Positions 57,231-64,000 of a DNA stretch of 64,000 nucleotides are shown piece by piece. A model generated the notes under the pieces. It was given only the letters and a program-made list of their open reading frames with translations, was not told the DNA's origin and searched no databases. Origin of the DNA: Nitriliruptoraceae bacterium (lineage in GTDB: Bacteria > Actinomycetota > Nitriliruptoria > Nitriliruptorales > Nitriliruptoraceae); assembly GCA_040904825.1 (NCBI GenBank), contig JBBDSU010000057.1, positions 12,575 to 76,574 of the forward strand. Direction: 5' to 3'. How positions within the stretch are numbered: the first letter of the stretch is position 1; the number at the start of each line of letters is the position of its first letter. A program made the translations under genes and the position numbers.

Positions 57231-58313
57231 TCACTGCCGAGAAGGGACGTTGGCGAGGACATCACGGGCCGCACCAAGGAATCCGTCAACCTCAGCTTGG
57301 ATTCCCACGCTCACGCGAATCTGGTTCAACATGTCGTAGGGCTCAAGAGAGCGGACGCCGACGCCATATCGAGCGAAGGCATCAACGACGGGCGGTGAGG
57401 CGATACCGAGTTCAATCGTCAAAAAGTTGCCCAGACCGTCAGTGAACGGAACCCCTATGTCCCGCAATCCTGCGGCCATCACGCCACGTCCTGCCACTGA
57501 CCCGTCGACAGTTGCCTGCAGGTGATCCAGATCCGCCAGCGCTGCGAGCGCCGCTGCCTGCGACGCGGCTGCAACATTGAATCGAGTCCGGCGAGCGTCT
57601 ATTGCACCAACCAAGCTCGCCTCCCCCATGAGATACCCCACGCGCATTCCAGCCAACGCGTACGCCTTGGAGAAGGTCCGTAGCGTCAGGAGCCGCGGAT
57701 GCGTCACGGGCAGCTCAGCCACTGTCGCGTAGCCGCGCTGGCTCGCCGCAAATTGGTGGTAGGCCTCGTCGATGATCACCGTCACATGCTCGGGCGTCTG
57801 ATCGATCAGGCTGGACAACGCGTCTGCGGTGAGATGCGCTCCGGTCGGATTGCCGGGGTTGTCGATGACGACGACCTTGGTGGCGTTATCGATCTGTGCA
57901 AGCAACGCGTCGACATCCCGCTGATAGCCGGGCCCCGGCTCGCTGGGCGGCCCTCCCGTCGACACCTCGAGGTAGCCAGCATCAACGTTGGCGGCAGCCA
58001 GGCGGTAGACGATGAAAGACCGCTCGAAAGCCAGGACTGTTCCACCAGCCGCAGCATGGGCGATGGCATCCATCAGCAGGGCGGCAGAACCCGTCCCGAC
58101 CGCGACCTGTTCGACAGTGATCGATTCATGTGCGGCGATCGCCTCACGAAGGGCCGTTGATTGGTCATCGGGGTACAGATGGGCCGTGTCCAGTGTGTGG
58201 CGCGCCGCTTCAATCGCCGCCGGCGAGGGCCCAAAGGGCGATTCGTTTGATGACAACCGGATGTCCATTCCCGGCGGTGGACCCACAGCGCTGGCCGATG
58301 CAGTGGTCATCAC
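57231..58313 (-). CDS. Class I/II PLP-dependent aminotransferase (histidinol-phosphate aminotransferase-like)
   Basis: IRLSSNESPFGPSP start and PLP-lysine context RTFSKAYALAGMRVGY. Confidence 0.8.
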   Translation of the reverse strand: MMTTASASAVGPPPGMDIRLSSNESPFGPSPAAIEAARHTLDTAHLYPDDQSTALREAIAAHESITVEQVAVGTGSAALLMDAIAHAAAGGTVLAFERSFIVYRLAAANVDAGYLEVSTGGPPSEPGPGYQRDVDALLAQIDNATKVVVIDNPGNPTGAHLTADALSSLIDQTPEHVTVIIDEAYHQFAASQRGYATVAELPVTHPRLLTLRTFSKAYALAGMRVGYLMGEASLVGAIDARRTRFNVAAASQAAALAALADLDHLQATVDGSVAGRGVMAAGLRDIGVPFTDGLGNFLTIELGIASPPVVDAFARYGVGVRSLEPYDMLNQIRVSVGIQAEVDGFLGAARDVLANVPSRQ

Positions 58314-58428
58314 GGTTCCTTAGAACATGGCTGCCATGAGCTTGTTGGACTGGCTCGCACGGTTGGTGCGTGGATGCGGCGCACTCCACACATGGTCGCG
58401 AGCAGGCCGACACCGTACTGCCGACCCT

Positions 58429-59016
58429 TTACAGGTAGAGACCCGTCGCACCGTCGCGCCGGGACGAACCCACCGCATGGACATCCCGCTCTCGAACGAT
58501 CAAATACGCGTCGCCTTGAACGTCGACTTCGATCGCATCTTCAGGGACATACAACACCTCGTCGCCAACATTCACGTGCCGGACGTGAGGCCCCACGCCG
58601 ATGGCTTCACCCCAGATCCCTTTCCGATCTATCGACGCAGCCGTTGCGGGAATCAGAATGCCGCCCTTGCTTCGCCGTTCAGCGTCGGTCGGAGGCGCAA
58701 CAAGCACCCGATCCCCGAGCACTGCCACGCTTCGTCGATCGCGCGGCCTGCGGTCAGCGGCGCCATCACGCGTCGCATTCTCCGCAACCGGCGGACGGAC
58801 TGCATCGTCCGGACTAGCTGCACCGACGGCCGCGCTCGTGCCGGAAGCGGCCGTCGGCTCGTCAGGAGCGATTGCATCGTGGCGGTCAGCGCCGGTGGTC
58901 ACCGCACGATCGGCCACCGTCGCAGGCGACGATGCGGCGGCTACAGGCACCGTGTCGGAGGACACCTCCGCGGTCGCCGCAGTGGTTGCTGATGGAGAAA
59001 TGCTGGGAGTTGTCAT
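58429..59016 (-). CDS. GroES/Cpn10-fold protein with about 100-aa Ala/Thr/Pro-rich N-terminal extension
   Basis: The C-terminal 90 aa, VLGDRVLVAPPTDAERRSKGGILIPATAASIDRKGIWGEAIGVGPHVRHVNVGDEVLYVPEDAIEVDVQGDAYLIVRERDVHAV, align by eye with GroES (PLGDRVLV...GGIVIP..A...G.VVAVG.G....V.VGD.V....). The N-terminal half is low complexity. Confidence 0.6.
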   Translation of the reverse strand: MTTPSISPSATTAATAEVSSDTVPVAAASSPATVADRAVTTGADRHDAIAPDEPTAASGTSAAVGAASPDDAVRPPVAENATRDGAADRRPRDRRSVAVLGDRVLVAPPTDAERRSKGGILIPATAASIDRKGIWGEAIGVGPHVRHVNVGDEVLYVPEDAIEVDVQGDAYLIVRERDVHAVGSSRRDGATGLYL

Positions 59017-59044
59017 GCCCCCAGCCTACCGCCGGTCGACACCC

Positions 59045-59554
59045 TCACTCTCGGACGAAGACGAACGTGTGGGCGCCGATATGGGGTGGAACGGCTGCAT
59101 CTCGAATGGCTCCCGCGATCTCGATCCATCCGTCGCGGCGCTGCTTGATCTCTGCGTCGCGCCCTGGGAGAAATCCGCATTCGTGCAACAGCTGCAGAGC
59201 TTCGTCGTCATGTTCGAGGATGGCGCCGATGCGGACGACTTCGATCGCCCCGACCGGCGCATCACTGAGTCGGACGGCGCCGGATTGATCGGGCGTGTTA
59301 GCAGAGCCTGGGATGGGATTGCCGTGAGGACAGACACCGGGATCGCCGAGCACACGCGCGATTCGGTCCTCGACATCATCACTGATCGCCGCATCGAATC
59401 GCATCGCCTCTTTGTGGACTTTCCACCATTCGACGCCAAGCACTTCGAACAGAAGACACTCCACGAGCGCACGACGGCGAATCATCGCTCTGGCGCGTTC
59501 GTTGGCTGACTTGGGCAGTTCCGGCGGGTCTGCGATTGCCGGTGCCTCTGGCAC
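59045..59554 (-). CDS. DtxR/IdeR-family protein lacking the N-terminal HTH domain (dimerisation/metal-binding domain + SH3/FeoA-like domain only)
   Basis: ARAMIRRRALVECLLFEVLGVEWWKVHKEAMRFDAAISDDVEDRIARVLGDPGVCPHGNPIPG aligns with DtxR residues about 70-130. A FeoA-like domain follows. An in-frame TAG lies 12 codons upstream of the GTG start, so there is no room for the roughly 60-aa wHTH. Confidence 0.65.
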   Translation of the reverse strand: MPEAPAIADPPELPKSANERARAMIRRRALVECLLFEVLGVEWWKVHKEAMRFDAAISDDVEDRIARVLGDPGVCPHGNPIPGSANTPDQSGAVRLSDAPVGAIEVVRIGAILEHDDEALQLLHECGFLPGRDAEIKQRRDGWIEIAGAIRDAAVPPHIGAHTFVFVRE

Positions 59555-59577
59555 ATTGACTCCACGGACGATCGATG

Positions 59578-59596
59578 AAAGGGTAGCCTAACCTTT
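59578..59596. promoter_or_regulatory. IdeR/DtxR-like iron box AAAGGGTAGCCTAACCTTT
   Basis: 14 of 19 positions match the consensus TTAGGTTAGSCTAACCTAA, and the site is near-palindromic. It lies in the divergent region between the DtxR-like gene (59554, minus) and the ABC ATPase (59753, plus). Confidence 0.5.
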
Positions 59597-59752
59597 GCAG
59601 GCAACGATGCTGCCGCCGGGCGCCTCGAAACTGCCACTTCGCGGTGGCGCCGGTCGCACGTTGAGATGCCCGAGCAACGAAGACGCGACTACGCACAACC
59701 CTGGCGAGCACCGGGCAATGCGAGTCGACCTGACCGACACGAGGAGGTTGCC

Positions 59753-60850
59753 GTGACCGATGTCGCGCTGACCTGCCGTGGCGTCGTCAAGCGATTTGGT
59801 TCAACGGTCGCTGTCGACGGTGTGGACCTTGATGTCATGCGAGGAAGCCTCACCTCGCTTCTTGGCCCATCGGGCTGCGGCAAGACCACGATGCTGCGCA
59901 TGATCGCCGGCCTGCTGTCCCCCGACGCAGGCACGATCAGCATTGACGGCACTGTCGTCGCTGACGACCACACGGCCGTACCTGCCGAATCCCGGCGACT
60001 CGGCCTCGTCTTCCAGGACTACGCCCTTTTCCCTCATCTTAATGTTGGACGCAACGTCGGCTTCGGCCTGACCAACCTGTCACGGCGAGATCGCCACAAG
60101 CGAGTGCACGAAGCCCTCGAGCTCGTCGGCCTGTCACACCTTGGCACGCGCTTGCCCTCCGAGTTGTCAGGAGGTCAGCAGCAACGAGTGGCGCTGGCAC
60201 GGGCACTGGCGCCCCGTCCTGATCTCATCCTGCTCGATGAACCCTTCTCCAACCTGGATGCCGCCATGCGCGCCACTGTCCGCGAGGAAGTCCGGGCCAT
60301 CCTTCGAGCCGCAGACGCGACCGCCATCTTCGTCACCCACGACCAGGAAGAGGCCCTGTCCCTGACGGACACGGTTGCCGTGATGAGCGAAGGCAAGCTG
60401 CACCAGATTGCGGCTCCGCACACGTTGTACACACGTCCCGCCACACGCTTTGTCGCCCAGTTCGTCGGCGAGGCCGATGTACTTCCTGGCCAGAGAGCCG
60501 GCCGCTTCTTGGTCGACACCCCCATTGGTCGGTTGCCGACCGCTGGGCCCGTCACCACCCAGCAGGTCGACGTCGTGATTCGTCCAGAAGCGCTGCGACT
60601 GTCCCGCGACGTGAGCGGCCCCGCTTCGGTGATCGGGCTGTCCTACTTCGGCCACGACCAGCTGGTCGACGTGGAACTGGAAGGCGGTCATCGACTCAGG
60701 GCGCGACGGGGGCCTCGCATCGACTTGGAACGGGGACAGCGCGTCGCAGTCAGCGTCGACGGGCCGGTCACAACCTTCGCTGCCTTGCACACCCCGAACT
60801 TCACCGCACCGACGGTCGAAGCCGACAGGCAACTACAGCACGCCAACTGA
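59753..60850 (+). CDS. ABC transporter ATP-binding protein (FbpC/PotA-type, iron(III) importer by context)
   Basis: Walker A GPSGCGKTT, LSGGQQQRVALARA, ILLDEP, and a C-terminal TOBE-like domain. GTG at 59753 is preceded by GAGGAGG. The ORF track starts at 59666. Confidence 0.85.
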   Translation: MTDVALTCRGVVKRFGSTVAVDGVDLDVMRGSLTSLLGPSGCGKTTMLRMIAGLLSPDAGTISIDGTVVADDHTAVPAESRRLGLVFQDYALFPHLNVGRNVGFGLTNLSRRDRHKRVHEALELVGLSHLGTRLPSELSGGQQQRVALARALAPRPDLILLDEPFSNLDAAMRATVREEVRAILRAADATAIFVTHDQEEALSLTDTVAVMSEGKLHQIAAPHTLYTRPATRFVAQFVGEADVLPGQRAGRFLVDTPIGRLPTAGPVTTQQVDVVIRPEALRLSRDVSGPASVIGLSYFGHDQLVDVELEGGHRLRARRGPRIDLERGQRVAVSVDGPVTTFAALHTPNFTAPTVEADRQLQHAN

Positions 60851-60880
60851 CGCCGCGGCGAAACCGCAACGGGCAGGCCC

Positions 60881-62602
60881 TTATCCCGCGGAGCGCCGAC
60901 CCCGAATCATTGTGAGTGCCAGCGGCACTGATCCCAGAATGATGAGCATCATCGCAGGGAGCGCGGCGCGCGTGAAGAACGCCTCATCGGTCGCCGACCA
61001 CACCCTCACAGCCAGCGTGTCAAATCCGGTGGGCGCCAGCAACAGCGTGGCAGGCAATTCCTTCATCACGGTCAAGAACACCAGTGCGCCCCCGGCGATC
61101 GCTCCGCGGGTCGCCAGTGGAAGCGTCACTTTTCGCAATGTGGCCAGCCTGCCGGCGCCGAGCGTTCGCGCGGCTGCCTCGACGTCGGCTTCGACCTGGA
61201 GCAGCGACGAACGAATCGCGCCGATCGCCTGAGGCAGGAACAGCACCACATAGGCGAAGACCAGCATGGCCAGCGTTTGATAGAGGCTCGGAACCACCCG
61301 GATGCCGACGAAGACCAGAGCGAACGCCACCACGATGCCTGGCAGCGCATAGCCGGTGAACGATATGCGTTCGACCGCTCGTGCGATGCGCGAGGGCGCA
61401 CGCGCCGACCACACGGCGACTGGCATCGCTGCTGCGACGGCGGCCAGAGCGCCGAGTCCGGCGACCAGCAGGCTGCGGCCAGCGGCCCCCAGGGCCAGCT
61501 GTGCAGACTCGCCGGCGGCAAGTCCTCGCCACAACCACCATCCGATGATCGTGACAGGAATGACCAGCGCCGCCACGACCACCGTCCCGGTTGCCATTGC
61601 TGCTGGCCATTTCCAGCGACCCAGAGGCATCACTTGGGCACGACGAGCCGAACGACGTCGGCTGAACTGGCCACCACGATCCTTGGCCACGCGCGCTTCT
61701 GCAATCACGAAGACCACCGTGAGCGCAACCAGCAGCAGGCCGAGCATGGCCGCGGGCGCCCGGTCGAACGCTGATCGATACTGCAGGTAGAGCCCACGGG
61801 TGAACGTCGAATACCGCAGGACTGATACTGCCCCGAAATCGCTCAGGACGTACAGGGTGACCAACAAGCCTCCAGCTGCGGTGGCTGGCCGCAACTGAGG
61901 AAGCACGACACGGCGAAAGACCGACCAGGGTCGATGACCGAGCGCACGCGCTGCATCCTCAAGCTGCGGATCCAGACCACGCAAGGCGCCCTGCACCGTG
62001 ATCAGCACATAGGGGTAAGTGAACAGTGTGAGCGCTGCGAAGGCGCCCCAGAAACCGTACGGCGATGGGGGCCGCCAACCGCTCCACGTTTCTACGAGGC
62101 CACCGGGCGCCAGCGCTCCCACCAGGGCGTAGGCCCCCACATAGGTGGGAATGACCAATGGCAGTGCTGTAGCGATGGCGAAGAACCGGCGAGCTGGAAG
62201 GTCCGATCGCACCGTCAGCCACGCCAACGGCACGCCGATGAGCACACTTGCCGTGGTGACGCTGGCCGCCAGCCTCAGCGTCCGACCGGCCAATCTGGCG
62301 GTCGCTGGATCCGTGAGGATCTGCAGCATCCGATCGGCTGGCAACGAGGACGCCGCAATCAGCAGATAGACCAGTGGCACGACCATCGCGGCTGCCACCA
62401 GCAATGCTGGAACCCACACGAACGGTGTTGTGGGCGACAACCATCCGTCCCGCATACCGCGCCCGGCAGGCGGCGGCACAGGCACAGGGTCACCGGCACC
62501 TACCTGCACGACAGCATCAGGTGACGGTGTCGATTCGGAAGAAGAGGTCGCCATAGGGCCGGGACCATAGTCAGCAACTGGCAGGGGTCGCCATGCGAGC
62601 AC
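60881..62602 (-). CDS. Iron(III)-type ABC transporter permease, duplicated (FbpB-like)
   Basis: 573 aa with two permease halves, directly downstream of the binding-protein gene. Confidence 0.8.
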   Translation of the reverse strand: MLAWRPLPVADYGPGPMATSSSESTPSPDAVVQVGAGDPVPVPPPAGRGMRDGWLSPTTPFVWVPALLVAAAMVVPLVYLLIAASSLPADRMLQILTDPATARLAGRTLRLAASVTTASVLIGVPLAWLTVRSDLPARRFFAIATALPLVIPTYVGAYALVGALAPGGLVETWSGWRPPSPYGFWGAFAALTLFTYPYVLITVQGALRGLDPQLEDAARALGHRPWSVFRRVVLPQLRPATAAGGLLVTLYVLSDFGAVSVLRYSTFTRGLYLQYRSAFDRAPAAMLGLLLVALTVVFVIAEARVAKDRGGQFSRRRSARRAQVMPLGRWKWPAAMATGTVVVAALVIPVTIIGWWLWRGLAAGESAQLALGAAGRSLLVAGLGALAAVAAAMPVAVWSARAPSRIARAVERISFTGYALPGIVVAFALVFVGIRVVPSLYQTLAMLVFAYVVLFLPQAIGAIRSSLLQVEADVEAAARTLGAGRLATLRKVTLPLATRGAIAGGALVFLTVMKELPATLLLAPTGFDTLAVRVWSATDEAFFTRAALPAMMLIILGSVPLALTMIRGRRSAG

Positions 62603-62621
62603 GACCCCTGCCAGTCTGTCG

Positions 62622-63737
62622 TCACTCGAAGGCGCCGACTGACCTCAACAGCTCGAGTGTGGCCTCAAGATCCTCCAAGCCGTTCAGATCGACCGGTGGC
62701 GGATCAAGTTCGGCGATGCTGGGAAGCAACGGCGAATCCACGCCCGTCCGCAACGGAAACTCCAGCGCGTCTGCGACCTGGCCGAAATACTCCTGAACTT
62801 CTTGACTGAGCAGGAACCTGATCAATTGAGCGGCTGCCTCCGGTTGATCTGACGAATCAAGAATTCCGATGCCAGCGACGTTGTTCAGTCCCCCGATATC
62901 CCCAGGGAGATACTTGTTCGCAACAGGGAAACTGGGATCCTCAGCAAGGAACCGGAACAGGTAGTAGTGGTTGACAATGCCGATTTCCACTTCTCCGCGG
63001 CCTACGCCGTCGACAGTGGTGGTGTTGTTGGGAAATTCGACCGGATCGTTGGCGATAATCCCTTCGAGCCACTCGCGTGCCACGTCCTCACCGTGTAGCT
63101 GTCGCATGGCCGTCACAAATGCCTGGAAGGACCCATTGGTCGGCGCCCAGCCGATGCGTCCTTGCCACTGGGGATCCGTCAAATCGAACACCGAGGATGG
63201 AACATCCGCTTCATCCAGCAGCGTCGTGTTGTAGGCAAGCACGCGCACTCGACCAGTCACACCAACCCAGGTGCCATCAGCCGAGCGGGATCCTTCGTCG
63301 ACGAGCGACAAGATGTCATCGGGGAGTACCTGCAATCGACCGGCACGATGCACAGCCCCGAGCGCGCCGGCGTCCTGCGCGTAGTAGAGGTCCGCTGGGC
63401 TGGCGGCGCCTTCTTCCATAATGGTGCCGGCTAGTTCAGCGGTGTTTCCGTACCGGACGTTGACTTCGATCCCTGTTGCAGCGGTAAAGTCCGCGAACAC
63501 CTGGCCCACGAGTTCTTCGCTGCGACCGGAATAGACGGTCAATGGACCCGCCGGTTCTGCGGCCTCAGCTTCAGGCGGCGCGTCCTCCGTTGGCGCAGCT
63601 TCTATTGGCGCATCCTCGGGCTCGCCGTTGGCGCCGTCGGACTCTGACGTGCCGCACGCGGCAGACAGAAGGGCCACGACGGCCAGGAGGGCGACTGAGC
63701 GCACATGACGTCGTCGCATGTTGGGTACTGCTCTCAT
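62622..63737 (-). CDS. Iron(III)-type ABC transporter substrate-binding lipoprotein (FbpA/AfuA-like)
   Basis: Lipobox signal RRRHVRSVALLAVVALLSAACG and periplasmic-binding-protein layout. ATG at 63737 has AAGGAGA 7 nt upstream. The ORF track starts at 63782. Confidence 0.75.
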   Translation of the reverse strand: MRAVPNMRRRHVRSVALLAVVALLSAACGTSESDGANGEPEDAPIEAAPTEDAPPEAEAAEPAGPLTVYSGRSEELVGQVFADFTAATGIEVNVRYGNTAELAGTIMEEGAASPADLYYAQDAGALGAVHRAGRLQVLPDDILSLVDEGSRSADGTWVGVTGRVRVLAYNTTLLDEADVPSSVFDLTDPQWQGRIGWAPTNGSFQAFVTAMRQLHGEDVAREWLEGIIANDPVEFPNNTTTVDGVGRGEVEIGIVNHYYLFRFLAEDPSFPVANKYLPGDIGGLNNVAGIGILDSSDQPEAAAQLIRFLLSQEVQEYFGQVADALEFPLRTGVDSPLLPSIAELDPPPVDLNGLEDLEATLELLRSVGAFE

Positions 63738-63912
63738 GAATCGATCTCCTTGCATGGCGATGGATGCGCCGAGCGGATCCATCTCGTTTCGTGGCCGCGC
63801 TTCCGACTAAAATCTGCCACATGGGCGGATGAGCCATCCGTCGCGGCCGTGGACTGTCGTCTGGTTCGTTGCACGAGATCTGCGGTGAACATGACCACCA
63901 CTCTCGGGCAAC

Positions 63913-63931
63913 TAAGGTAAGCCTAACCACA
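63913..63931. promoter_or_regulatory. IdeR/DtxR-like iron box TAAGGTAAGCCTAACCACA upstream of the binding-protein/permease operon
   Basis: 15 of 19 positions match TTAGGTTAGSCTAACCTAA. It lies about 175 nt upstream of the ATG at 63737 on the minus strand. Confidence 0.5.
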
Positions 63932-64000
63932 TGGTTCCTGTCGGCGCAAAATGGGCCGGTCCCGTCAGCCGCCCGGTGCAGTTGATGGGCACTCAAACTC

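Noticed and set aside
1-64000. Searched by eye for CRISPR repeats, tRNA T-arm signatures (GGTTCGAAT/GGTTCAAAT), rRNA, IS terminal repeats, and transposase, integrase or phage genes
   Set aside because: None found. The GTTCGA hits are the LexA box or lie inside coding sequence. The window looks like core chromosome rather than a mobile island.

Overview
High-GC, actinobacterial-type chromosomal window, densely coding on both strands. I saw no rRNA, tRNA, CRISPR array, transposase or integrase. All calls come from reading the ORF-track translations and the DNA by eye. No similarity search or folding was run, and start codons are my best reading of RBS position, gene overlaps and family N-termini.

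Gene content, left to right:
- SOS mutasome cassette imuA'-imuB-dnaE2 with a perfect LexA box. dnaE2 is cut by the left edge and is missing from the ORF track.
- HAD hydrolase, glnE, glnA2.
- nadE, panB, PduO-type adenosyltransferase, nadB.
- IclR regulator divergent from a stand-alone clpP paralogue, then an SDR and an esterase.
- NYN + OST-HTH (LOTUS) protein, MFS-like transporter, Cys-less DsbA-like protein.
- About 450 nt that I cannot assign.
- DevS/DevR-like GAF kinase and NarL-type regulator, a PPOX-family protein, and a cupredoxin-fused two-domain multicopper oxidase.
- TPP riboswitch followed by thiamine pyrophosphokinase and an ABC importer.
- osmC, moeZ, thiolase.
- Complete actinobacterial suf operon (sufR-B-D-Rieske-C-S-U-DUF59) with a CAAC-N6-GTTG operator.
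- A chain of five minus-strand genes (start/stop overlaps at three of four junctions): membrane protein, RecD2-like helicase, circularly permuted ATP-grasp, alpha-E, transglutaminase.
- Saccharopine-dehydrogenase-like gene, yqeY.
- Cobalamin riboswitch followed by two exported, C-terminally anchored proteins and an ECF transporter.
- TlpA-like oxidoreductase, aminotransferase.
- GroES-like protein with a long N-terminal extension, and a DtxR-like protein lacking its DNA-binding domain.
- Iron(III)-type ABC importer bracketed by two IdeR-like iron boxes.

The three loci most worth follow-up:
- The RecD2 / ATP-grasp / alpha-E / transglutaminase chain.
- The B12-riboswitch locus, whose two exported proteins look like the separated alpha and beta halves of transcobalamin.
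- The HTH-less DtxR paralogue with the GroES-like gene behind an iron box.
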